DNA from: the human T2T-CHM13v2.0 reference genome, Homo sapiens
Assembly (NCBI RefSeq): GCF_009914755.1
Contig: NC_060932.1
Length of the DNA: 64,000 nucleotides
Direction: 5' to 3' (one strand)
Shown here: positions 48,396-64,000 of the stretch, piece after piece
Layout of the letters: each line of letters starts with the position of its first letter
How positions within the stretch are numbered: position 1 is the stretch's first letter
Notes under the pieces: generated by a model
Seen by the model: only the letters and a program-made list of their open reading frames with translations
What the model was told of the DNA's origin: nothing
Database searches by the model: none
Translations under genes and position numbers: made by a program

Positions 48396-51300
48396 CTTAT
48401 ATTTTGTATTGATACATACTATTTGTACATATTTATGAAGTACAAGTGATATTTTGTTACATGAACAAATGTGTAGATCAAGTCAGAGTATTTAGGGTAT
48501 CCATCACCTGGGGCGTTTATCATTTCTATGTGTTGGGAATGTATCGAATCCTCTCTTCTAGCTGCTTTGAAACACACAATACATTGTTGTTAACTATAGT
48601 CACCCTAGTCTGTTATCAAACATTAGAATATATTCCTTCCATTTAACTGTATCCATTAAACAACCTCTCTTCACCCCCTCTGCCTCCCCTACACCCTTCC
48701 CAGCTTCTGTTAACTATCATTCTACGCTCTACCTCTAGGAGATCAACTTCTTTTTGTAATCTCCCACATATGGGTGAGAATATGTGATATTTGTCTTTCT
48801 GTATCTGGCTTACTTCACTTAACATAATGACCTCCAGTTCTAACCTTATTGCTGCAAAGGACAAGATTCCATTCTTTATTATGACTGAATAGTATTCCAT
48901 TGTGTACATATGCCACATTTTAAATCTATTTATCTGTTGTTGGACACTTAGGTTGATTCCTTTTCGTTGTTATTGTGAATAGTGCTGCAATAAAAGTTGG
49001 GGATGCAGGTACTCCTTTGATATAATGATTTATTTTCCTTTGGATAAATACCCAGTAGTGGAATTGCTGGATTGTATGGTAGTTTTATTTTTAGTTTTTT
49101 GAGACATCTCCATACTGTCTTGCGTAATGGCTGTAATAATTTACATTCCTACAAACAGTAAATGAGTTCCCGTTTTATGCATCTTTTCCAGCATCTATTT
49201 TATTTTTTTCTTTTTAGCAATAGCCATTCTAACTGGAGTATGATAACATCTTATTGTGGTTTTGATTTGCATTTCTCTAATGATTCGTGATATTGAACAT
49301 TTTTTAATATACCTGTTGGCAATTTGTGTATCTTTTTTGATAAATATCTATTTATATCCTTTCCTTATTTTTAAACGAAATTATTTGTTATTTTTTTCTG
49401 TTGGGTTGTTTGAGTTATTTGTATATTCTGGATATTAGTCCCTTGTGGCATGAATAGTTTGCAAATATTTTCTCCCATTTCACAGGCTGTCTCTTTGCAC
49501 TGTTGATTAATTATTGTTTCCTTTACTGTGCAGAAGATTTTTGGTTGAATATAGTCCCATTTGTCTATTTGTTGTTTTTGTAGACTATGCTTTTGGGGTC
49601 TTAGCCATAGTCTTTTCCTAGATCAATGTTTTAGAGTGTTTTCCCTATTTTTTCTCTTAGTAGTTTTATAGTTTCAGGTCTTATGTTAAAGTCTTTAATT
49701 CATCATGAGTTGATTTTGTATATGGTGAGAGATAGCGGTGCAGTTTCATTCTTCTGCATATGGTTATCCAGTTTTCCCAGCATCGTTTCAGTATCCTCTG
49801 CTCATTGTATGTTCTTGACAGCTTTGTGGAAGATCAGTTGTCTATAAACGTGGTTTTATTTCTGGATTTTCTATTCTGTTCCATCAGTCTATGTGTCTGT
49901 TTTTATAACAATATCATGCTGTGTTGGTTACTATAGCCTTGTAATATATTTTGAAATCAGATAGTATGATACCTCCAGCTTTGTTCTTTTTGCTCATGAT
50001 TGCTTTGTCTAGTCAGGCTTTTTGTTTGTTACATACAAATTTTTGGTGTGTTTTTTTTCTATTTCTGTGAAAAATGTCACTGGTATTTTGATGGCATTGA
50101 ATCTGTAGATTGGGTAGTATGGTCATTTTAATAATATTAATTCTTTCAATTTATGGGCATGGGATATCTTTTCATTTGTTTGTGTCTGCTTCAATTTCTT
50201 TCATCAGTGTTTCTAGTTTTCCTTGTAGAGTTTTTTCAGCTCTTTGTTAAATTTATTCCTAGGTGGTTTTTTTTTTTTTTGCAATTTTTGTAAGTGGGAT
50301 TGCTTTCTTGATTTCTTTCTCAGCTAGGTTGCTATTAGTATATAAAAACACTCCTGATTTTTGTATATTAATCTTATATCCTGCAACTTTACTACATTTA
50401 TTTATCAGATCTAAGAGTTTTTTGATAGTCTGTAGGTTTTTCTATATATAAAATTATGTCATTTTCAAAGAGAGACAAGTTGACTTCCTCTTTTCCATTT
50501 TGGATGCATTTTATTTCCTTCCCTTGACTGATTGCTCTGGCTAGGAGTTCCAGTTCTACGTTGCATAAGAGTCATGAAAGTAGGCATTCTTATCTAGTTC
50601 CATTTCTTGGAAGAAAGGCTTTTCAGCTTTTCCTCATTTATTATAATGTTAGCTGTGTGTTTGTCACATTTGGCCTTTATTATGTGGAGATACTTTTCTT
50701 CTATGCCTAATTCATTGAGAGTTTTTATAACGAAGAGATGCTGATTTTATCAAATACTTTTCTGCATCTATTGAGATGATCACAGGGTTTTTGTCCTTCA
50801 TTGTACTGATGTGATGTACCATATTTATTGCTCAGGTGGCGGCTGCAGCAAAGAAAGAGAGAACCTTTCCTCAGGGTGCATGCATGTGCAAGGGGGCCCT
50901 GCTGCTGGAGGAGTGGGACAGGGGAGGCAGTGGTTTGTGGTGGATGCCCCAGACAGGTGGCTCTCAGGCTCTGAAGAGTGTGCCTTTTGGCCCCTGGTAG
51001 CAGTGGTGGTGGTGGTGGTGGTGGTGGTGGTGTCAGGGAGCACGCAGGTGCACTGTCGCCTCCTACTGATAAGGGTGGGGTTGTTGTCAGTGGCAGTCGC
51101 CACATGCAGACAGGTAGGTTTCCAGCTCTGGAGAGTGCTCTTTGCCTCCCTTTGTCCTGGAGGCAGCCTCCTCAGTGTGCTGAACTGCCCTTTCCCCTGG
51201 GTGCAGGAAATTGTGCAGGGGATCCTGCCACTGCTCTGCGGGGTAGGTCCGACCAGTGTCATGACACACAGCCTTCCTGGTGGACATGGAGGGATGTCAG

Positions 51301-51808
51301 TGGGGCTCCCAGGATGTGGATTGAGCCCGGGGCCAGGGTGCAGTCTGTTGGAGGCTGCACTCTCAAAATGGTGCCATATTGCTGCTGCTTGGGTCTCCAG
51401 GGTGTGTGGGATCCAGTGTGAGCTCCCTTTCTGCAGCAATGCTATTACATGGTACCTACAGGCAGCTCCTTCTATTAGTCTCAGGGCTGCCAGGGTCAAA
51501 GGACTATCCCATGGCTAGGATTGCAGGAGTCCACAGTGGGAATGTGAACTGCTGGGGATTTCTCACTTGCCCTTTCCTGGCACAGGGGAGCCTCTCCAGG
51601 CTCCTGGCTGATCCTGGCTGGGCTATTTGCCTGCTTCTCACTCCTTCTGTGACTCAGGTGTTGTTTCCTGTCACTTCTTTGCTCAATTCCAGCATTCTGT
51701 CTTGGATGCTCTATTTGAATTGTGGATCATCTACTCGCTATTTTGGTTCTTCTTTGTGGAGGAGGGAGTGTCTGATGCCTCTAGTCAGCCATCTTGAAGC
51801 CTCCAGAA
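48396..51808 (-). mobile_element. L1MA-type LINE-1 with both termini but a large internal deletion
   Basis: 3'UTR plus 3' half of ORF2 at 48396-50830; GC-rich 5'UTR at 50831-51808 starting (minus strand) GGAGGCTTCAAGATGGCTGACTAGAGG; TSD TT(T/C)TGAAACACTTT at 48382-48395 and 51809-51822. Confidence 0.82.
51003..51031. repeat. (GTG)n trinucleotide repeat in the L1 5'UTR
   Basis: about 9-10 units read directly. Confidence 0.93.
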
Positions 51809-52403
51809 TTCTGAAACACTTTGAAAGAGCTGTTTGAGTGGCATTAGACAGAGTATTTTAAAGGTTGATTTTTGTGTGTGTGAATGCTGGCCTATTAAAA
51901 GAGAAATGCAAAAATAGAACAACAAAAATTGTCATCTATATTAAATGGTATTTGTTTCATTAACACTTGCAGTGAAAAATTAATATAACTATGGAAGTTC
52001 CATCACAATTAGTGATTTTTTTTAAAAAAAAAGGCGTATACTGATTTGCACCTCAAGATGATGTGTTCTTGTAATGGAGCAAAAGTTAAACTTGTGTAAT
52101 GAATATCTTTATCTTTCAAAACCATAATCCCTGCTAAGTAACCCCATCCTCCTCCTTCCCCCAAACCTTATCCATATGTCCAACTAATTCTTCAAGCATT
52201 GAGTATTCACTTACTACTCTTTTTGGTGCTGAGAGTAAGAAATGAGTAAGATATGCATTGCTCTTGAGAAATGCAAAGTTTTCAGAAAATGGTTGGATTG
52301 GAGCTTTGGGAAGTAAAGTTTCCTCTAAGAAGGATGTGGTAGAGACAGCAGCAACACAAATAGAAAGTCAGTGTTAATGAGCTGAATTACACCTGCGAGC
52401 AAT

Positions 52404-52769
52404 GTGTATGTTGAATCCTGAACACACCTCCAAATGTGACTGTATTTGGAGACAGGATATTTAAAAGGGTGATTAAGTTAAAAAGAGGTCATTAAGGTGG
52501 GCCCTAATCAAATTGGAATCATCTCCTTATACAAAAAGGAAACCTGGACACACAGAGAGACACCAGGCATGCACACAGAGGAAAGACTATGTGAGGATGC
52601 AGTGAAAACACAGCCGCCTAAAGGCAAGGAGAGAGGCCTCGGGGAAAAAACAAACATTCCACCATCTTGATCCTGGGCTTTGAGGCTCCAGAACTGTGAG
52701 AAAATACATTCTGTTGTTTCAGTCACTCAGTCTGTGGTGTTTTGTTATGGCAACCCTAGTAATTGAATG
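52404..52769 (+). mobile_element. MLT1B LTR
   Basis: AATGTGACTGTATTTGGAGACAGG...GGTGGGCCCTAATC...TTTGTTATGGCAACCCTAG. Confidence 0.85.
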
Positions 52770-52825
52770 TCCCCAGTTTGATAAATGACTCTCAAGATCC
52801 TTACCATGGTTTTTTGCATTAGGCC

Positions 52826-53385
52826 TTATCAAAGTAAAATTGCACCAGACAAAGTTAAGCAGACCAGGAAGGTTCTTTTGAAGACTATTGCAATAAAGGT
52901 GAAAGGCTGAATTCAATTATGTTGAGACAAATGGTGGGACAATCTTTTAAGCCTTGGGGTGAACTAGTGGAAAAGTGCTGAAGAACAGTAGGGAGAGGCT
53001 GATCAGTGGGATGTGTCCAGCATGATGTGTTATTCCTGGGTTTGTGAAAGTTTCTCTCTGTAATTGGACCACCTGTGTTTGCTAATGGGCTCCTATTGAA
53101 GTTAGGCCCTTATTCTCCCGTAGAGACAAGGGGTTATGATTGCTATTTCCCTCAGTATTGACATTTCAAAGAGATGGTTCTCAGCTCCTGGAGAAAGACA
53201 TTCCTGGGTTGTAAAACTTACAAGAGACTGGGAAAAGATTTACATATATTTCAAAGGGGCGGAGAAATAATTTACAATTGCTAGTTTCCTTAAGTAAATG
53301 CTCTAAGAACAGGGAGGTCAGAACCTATAGTCAGAAAGAAAACTGTCTATCAAGTGGGGAGATTGTTAAAGCCATATTACTCAAT
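52826..53385 (-). mobile_element. MER67/MER31-like ERV1 (MER4-group) LTR
   Basis: ACATTTCAAAGAGATGG...GAGAAAGACATTCCTGGGTTGTAAAACT...AAGTAAATGCTCTAAGAA. Confidence 0.65.
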
Positions 53386-54654
53386 GTCTTTGGGATGGAA
53401 CAGGCTGGCTTCTAGTCCTGGAAGGACAGCAAGTTCCTAGCCATTGATTTGCCTGTGTACCTGCACAAATTGACGTCACCAGAAGCCATTTTTATGGAAT
53501 GGAGAAGCATCCCACAATACTGTACTTCGAAAATTCTAATCATTCCACAGAGACCAAGCAGGAGCCATCAGAAAGCATGAAATAACTCTCTGCTATTGCC
53601 ATTCTGGGCTTCCACAAATGGTGCCCTAGGCTGGATCTCATTAAATCTGCATCCCTTTTTCCACCTCAAATCACTCAGAGCCCAGCAATTACCCAGTAAG
53701 TGCTTTCTCAAACAGCAAATGCAAGATTCATTTTCTTTTAAATCCTCCATCTGTTTCTTTGTTTTAAAATGGCTCTGCTTTGAAATTGGTGTCTTCACAC
53801 AAAACAGGTAGTGGTTTGTTTTCATTCTATTTCTTCTGTCAGGAGTTGTCTAAAGATTGAGAGAAAATTCTCCTCTGCCTTGCAGCCCTAGGAAACTGAG
53901 TGCTGGTGTGAAAGCATCCACAGGTAGACACAAAATTATCTGTAACTGCTCTATACAAAACACCAGTGGGACTCAACTGCTAGAGAGGCACATAATCATG
54001 ATCTGAGTTACAGGCTTGAGGAATAGCCCATGCTAGAAGGTATACCAGCTGTCTTGTGCTGCCTGACAAATTTCCAACCCTTTCCTAAAGCCAAGTCTTC
54101 AGTCGTAGGGGAAAGTTTCTTGCTGAACCTTGGGGGACAGTCCGTTCTTTATAATCCAAACTAGCTATACTAGCAATTTTCTCTCTTCTTGGGGTAAGGA
54201 AACAAGTGAATTAAATAGAATAACTTATCCTTCCTGAGTGGAATTACAAAGGCACAAAGCTTAATGCTGTGATCCTGGCCTGTGTGTTTGGTGGAGAGAA
54301 GAATATGGATTAAAAGGTAGACACATTAGACATTTAGATATACGCATAATCCTTTCTATTTTATAAATATATTCATTCTAATAGCTGACTTCCTGTTAGG
54401 ATAAATGCATTCATGCTTTGCTTTGAATGGCACAGCTGGCTTTCTGCCTTTTAGGTAGATGCAATTTTGCTATCTCCAAGTATGTTATAAGCAGAGGAGC
54501 AAAAGAAAAAAGTGAAAGAGAGATAAGAGTAGAATCGTGGCAACAGTTTATTCCCGTGTTGAGCTCAGACTGAAAACACCATGGAAGTATATACCAGCAC
54601 CATGGAAGTTTATACTCCCCACCACCCTCAATACCTCCAAAACCTCTTAAATGA

Positions 54655-54889
<235 letters not shown>

Positions 54890-55159
54890 CACACTTCCCT
54901 TTTCCTGCTCAAGGTAACTGCTACTTCCAAGTTACCCTTTATTCGTCTCTTCCTCTTTCACATATTTTTCATATTAGATGATTTTGGAGATACAGGACTT
55001 ATTGACTGAATTATTTGAGGCATGCACAGCATTCCTTTCACTAATACAACCAAGTCAGAGCATTTCTAATCTTTACAAGGTACACTGCCTCAAATCCAGA
55101 TGGTGATTTTTTTCCTCCACAGAACTGTAGATCTAAAGGTACAATATGTATGACAAGAA

Positions 55160-55700
55160 TAATCATTCAGCAGACATTCATTGAGCACCTCCAATGTACA
55201 TGGTGCTGGAAATAAAGCCTTGAGTAGGACAGACAGGGCCTCTCCTGCAAAGAGCTTCCAGTGTTTCAAGGAAAACAAGTAATTACAATAAAAAATAGAA
55301 AAGGTCTAAGATTCCTTGCAGGTGGTCTAACCTAGCCTTGGCTGAGTGGAGTTAAAAAATGAAGAGCCTGGAAAGAGTGATATTTAATTCAAGAATTAAA
55401 GAGGAATTAGCCATATGCAGTAATATGGGAAAAGGAGCCCAATAAAGAGAATAGCATGCAAAAGTCTAGACTCTAGAGGTAAGAGAAAGCCTGGCTTTTG
55501 GGGGAAACTGAAAGCAGCTCACTATGGCTAGAGAAAAGAGGAAGAGAGTGACAGACACAGAGACAGTAAAGAGGAAGACAAACCAGAAGAGATAAATGCA
55601 GGGAAATTTCTAAATAGCCATGTAAACCTGTCCAAGGAATTTGGGAAATATCTTTAGGCAACAGCAACCAGCAGAAAATGGATGTTCCATGAGGATGCAC
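55160..55700 (-). mobile_element. L2 fragment
   Basis: TCATTCAGCAGACATTCATTGAGCACCT...GAATAGCATGCAAAAG. Confidence 0.7.
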
Positions 55701-57234
55701 CCCAGTCACCAAAAAGAAAAAAAAAAAAACCCAAACGAACAAACAAAAAAACCCCCATGTTCTCAGCATTGATAGACTCTGACCTACAACGGACCCATTT
55801 ATGATCCTCAACATGTTGCCTCTTACTGCTATTCTTCCAAGAATCCTTTCTAGAAGAGAAAATGAATAGAAACATTTAACAATTTTATAAATCATTAACT
55901 AAAGACTGAAATTAGCTGGATAAAGCAAAAATGGCATGCCCAAACTGTGATCTTTTATATAGAGCTGGCCTCTCTGCAGTGTCCTTTACCTGAAATTAGC
56001 TCATCTGCCCCAGGGATCATTGCTAGCCATTGCCACATCTTTGTACAAATTAGAAAAAGGAGTCTACCCTCTCATCTGAAGATACTTGGCACTTGGGCTC
56101 AAGACTTGACTAGGAGAACAGATAGATTTAATCCCCTACTCATACCTCCTAATCCCATCCCCACAGCCTTGAACCTGAATGACTTAGGGAGCAGCTGTGC
56201 ACACACAGACACAGCTTGTCTTTTGCTTTAACTTTACCTGTTATATGTCCTGAAATTCCACCTATTGTATGTTAATTTGGGAGGATAATAGTTTTTTGCA
56301 GAAGTGAAAAACTGTTAGCTGGTAAAATCATAGATAATTTGCTTCGCTACCAATTAATTCAACCGTCTTGTTTATCCCTAATTGAGAAGAGTGGCACTGA
56401 GGAAACAAGAGTTTGACTTGGAGATGAAGGGAAGGTGAGTCATCCTCATGGTAAAGCATGACGGCTTCCCTGGGAGAGACAGGGAGAACAGGGAAACTTA
56501 ATAGGATGATATGGAGTGTTTTATTAAAAAGCAGTATGTGAGGCCTGGGAAAAGAAAGATTAGTGGTAACTGAGAAGTGCTGAGTGGAAAATGTAAAAGG
56601 GCCAAATTTAAACTTGAACTATTTTAACAATTTTTCTTAGCTTTCTGCCCCCAAGGGTCATGGTGCTTTCTCTCCAGAATGCAGACCTCAGAGTAGTACT
56701 ATTAATCCTACAGTTCAGGGACTTTGTGACTTGTATTGATTTTATGTTTTTTCCCTTTTGGCTGTCCTGGAGACCTAATCAACATGGCTAATATTGCTTC
56801 TGTGGGTAGATGTGCTTGGAATTCCAAATGAATGTACAATTCTATGTGTCGACTTGGAGCTACCTTAAATAGAAATCAAGGAATATTCTTTTTAAAAAAG
56901 TGACTTCAACCTGGTGTGTCTTACCATTGTATTTCAATAGATTAAACAAAAACAAGGAAGCAAAAACACAAAATGGAACATTTGTCTTGGATTATAGCCT
57001 GTGTAAAGCAGGTTGCATGGCAACCACCTAAACTGAATTTAGTAGATTTAAGCATGTGCTGATTAATGTCAGGGGGACACAGGCACAGACACAAGGCTGA
57101 TTGCTTCCTAAAAATTTCACTATAATAGTGTTATTAGGAGACATATTTGAAATGTAATACATTGAGATTTTTAGAAAAGCCACTTGGGCTCCAGCTTTCC
57201 AGTGAAATTCAAATTGATTCAACTTCAATGGGTG

Positions 57235-57450
57235 TCATACCATCAAGTAGACACTGTGTCAGGTGTTTTATGCATATCATCTTATTTCACCTCCAAGACC
57301 ACTCTTTATGGTAAGGACTATATTTTCACTAGTCAAATGTGGAAACTGAGGCACAGATGCAAGGTCATGCATCTTGCATCTGAGGCACAGATGCAAGGTC
57401 ATGCAGCTCATAGGTGATGGATTCAAACCCTGATTTATGTAGCTCCATAA
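57235..57450 (-). mobile_element. MIR carrying a local 26-bp duplication (second MIR at ~57540-57710)
   Basis: ATGTGGAAACTGAGGCACAGA...CAAGGTCA...GGATTCAAACCC core. Confidence 0.8.
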
Positions 57451-58844
57451 CCCTTACTTTTTCTAACATACCATTTTGTTTTCTTTTTTCCCCAGGAATT
57501 CCTTAGATGCTTACACACACCACATACATTCACATACTTTGTCCTCACTTCATCTTCACAGCATAATTCTGGTGAACACATAGTTATTTACACTTTATAC
57601 AATTAGGAAAGTGAAGTTCAGTAATGTTAAGTACATTCCCAAGGTCATACATTGAGTACATGGCAGGTCCTATCAAGAATTTAAAGCTAAGTTTCCAAAA
57701 TCCAACTTCAATCCTTCTCCTCCCCCACAGCTTCCTGTAAAGATGTTCTGTCCTGACTTCCTCAGCACATCATTATTCCACTTGAAATAAAATTGGCCCT
57801 TTCTCATTTTCAAAACATACCTGTCTCTTGACCTCACCTCAAAAATCATGTTCTCTTATTCCTACACCTGTAGAAAAATAATCTTAGCTACTAATCCAAA
57901 ACAGGGTATTGATGGTTGATTAGGGATTTCATTCACTACAGCTGGTACGAGCATGTTTCCTAGGAGACAGCAGAAGACAGAGAGTCCCAACCCACTGCCA
58001 TGAACCTCTCTTGTTGGAATATTAGCTACTGAGGCAGTTAGCAAAGGAGATATACAGTTGAGCAAAACAGACTTTACCACACCCCTAAAATCATACGATA
58101 AGTAATCAAACCCAGAATATGCATGAATATTTTGGTGGAAGATTCCTGTGGTATATTCAGGTATATATTCACATGCTCACATTAGTAATATATAACCATA
58201 GACTGAAACACCAACAGAGCAAGGTCTCATGAACCTCCAACAGATCTGGAACATTCTTTGGTTCTAAATTTTTTCTCTTTTTCTTTAGAGGAACATGACA
58301 CTGTGGTTACAGTCAGGAACATCTCACATACAAGTAATATCTGAGAAAAAAGATACAGGAGTGCTGTTGAGCAGGGTGATAGTCCTTAATTGTGGCACCT
58401 ATTTAAAACCCAACACAAAATGCTCTATATAGAAGGTATAGTAATTTCCACATTTAATTAAACAAATATACATAATTGCTAAAAATATTGAAAGGAAAAA
58501 TGGCATTTCTTTGGCACTAGCAATACTTACTCAATTTCTTAGATTGCTTCTAAAGTAAAGTTAATGATATTTTTGTCTTGTCTGCTGGGTTTAAAAAATT
58601 GGCCTACTTTTGTCCTATATACATTTTTAAACCAATCACTCTGGCTAAAAGAAAACTAATGCCCTGATGGACAAAGCCTGGGTCATTTTTAATCCTAAGT
58701 GCTGAAGTTGGTATCAACCCAAGTGGAACCACAGGGACTGAGAAAAGGAGATGATAGTTTCTCAAAGAAATGCTGTGCAGATGAAAAAAAAATCAATTAA
58801 TACAGAGGAAAAATAAGACATAAAATGAATTAGATTAAGGAAAC

Positions 58845-59035
58845 GTCTATCAAAGGCATAGCTGTTGATTGAAATATGATTGAAATAAGATGGCTTTGAT
58901 CGTGTGCGGAGAATTAGGGGTAGACCAAAGAAAGCAAAGAACACCTTTTTCTTTGAAGCACAGTTAATAAGTGTCAGATTGTATTGATCAGGTTGGCAGG
59001 AGAGAGTGTTGATTGAACAAGCTTTGATTAATAAT
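58845..59035. promoter_or_regulatory. candidate enhancer with clustered TCF/LEF and PBX-like motifs
   Basis: four CTTTGAW motifs and three TGATTGA within ~190 bp of apparently non-repeat sequence; function inferred only. Confidence 0.35.
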
Positions 59036-59389
59036 GCAGTGACGGCACAGCCATGAGTAGGAAGGAACTGCCTGAGCAACACTCTCCAGGTTTGTATGAC
59101 CCCTATGGTTCTTACTTCACAGCCTGTCAGAAGAGAAGCATGTGTCCAGGGATAATTTCATTTATTTTTATTTTATTTTTTATTATACTTTAATTTCTGG
59201 GATACATGTGCAGAATGTGCAGGTTTGTTACATACGTATACATGTGCCATGGTGGCTTGCTGCACCCATCAACCTGTCATCTACATTAGGTATTTGTCCT
59301 AATGCTATCCCTCCCCTTGTTCCCTACCCCCCAACAGGCCCCGGTGTGTGATGTTCCCCTCTCTGTGCCCATATGTTCTCATTGTTCAA

Positions 59390-63180
<3,791 letters not shown>

Positions 63181-63244
63181 TATGATGCTAGCTGGTTATT
63201 TTGCCCATTAGTTGATGCAGTTTCTTCATAGTGTCAATGATCTT

Positions 63245-64000
63245 TACATTTTGGTTCATTCTTGTGGTGGCTGATACTGGTTTTTCCTTTCCATATTTAG
63301 TGCTTCCTTCAGGAGCTCTTGTAAGGCATTCTTTGTCTGTAAAGAATTTTATTTCTTCTTCACTTATGAAGTTTAGTTTGGCTGGATATGAAATTGTGGG
63401 TTGGAAATGATTTAAGAATGTTGAATATTGGCCCCCACTCTCTTCTGGCTTGCAGGGTTTCTGCCAAGAGATCTGCTATTAGTCTGATGGGCTTCCCTTT
63501 GTGGGTAAACTGACCTTTCTCTCTGGCTGTCCTTAACATTTTTTCCTTCATTTTAACCTTGGTGAATCTGACAATTATGTCTTGGGGTTGCTGTTTTCGA
63601 GGAGCATCTTTGTGGGGTTCTCTGTATTTCCTGAATTTGAATGTTGGCCTGTCTTGCTAGGTTGGGGAAGTTCTCCTGGACAATATCCTGAAGTGTGTTT
63701 TCCAGCTTGGTTCCATTCTCCCCGTCACTTTCAGGTACACCAATAAAACATAGGTTTGGTCTTTTCACATAGTCCCATATTTCTTGGAGGCTTTGTTTGT
63801 TCCTTCTCATTCTTTTTTCTCTAATCTTGTCTTCACTCTTTATTTCATTAAGTTGATATTCAATCTCTGATACCTTTCTTCCACTTGATCAATTCGGCTA
63901 TTGATACTTGTGTATGTTTCATGAAGTTCTCGTGCTGTGTTTTTCAGCTCCATCAGGTCATTTATGTTCTTCTCTAAACTGGTTATTCTAGTTAGCAATT
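63245..64000 (-). pseudogene. L1 ORF1p C-terminal part, disrupted
   Basis: QSLQEIWDYVKRPNL and MKEKMLRTAREKG fragments; small deletion near 63327. Confidence 0.9.

Noticed and set aside
50725-51837. Overlapping 126-235 aa ORFs with poly-V/T/G/P tracts
   Set aside because: Chance open frames in a GC-rich L1 5'UTR containing a (GTG)n repeat; no recognisable domain or splice context

Overview
Human-type (primate) non-coding genomic DNA made up largely of interspersed repeats. It carries an AluYb9 and an Alu with AluYa5 and AluYb8 diagnostics, and those subfamilies are essentially human-specific. I recognise no host protein-coding exon, RNA gene or CRISPR array. The long ORFs in the track are broken LINE-1 ORF1/ORF2 pieces or chance frames in repeats. 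Main elements: a full-length, inactivated L1PA3-type LINE-1 (+, 8999-15106) inside an MLT1 LTR; a MER11 solo LTR; an LTR16/ERVL provirus remnant; an internally deleted L1MA with both termini and TSDs; an L1PA7-type element (-) running off the window end; ten Alus; and many MaLR LTRs, L2, MIR and hAT relics. I found no evidence for a new multi-gene system. The most notable observations are a TSD-flanked AluYa5/AluYb8 chimera facing an inverted AluYb9 about 7 kb away, a 26-bp duplication with an inverted templated insert, a cluster of four TCF/LEF motifs in unique sequence, and lesions in the L1 5'UTR. Subfamily calls rest on consensus sequences recalled from memory and need RepeatMasker/Dfam confirmation.
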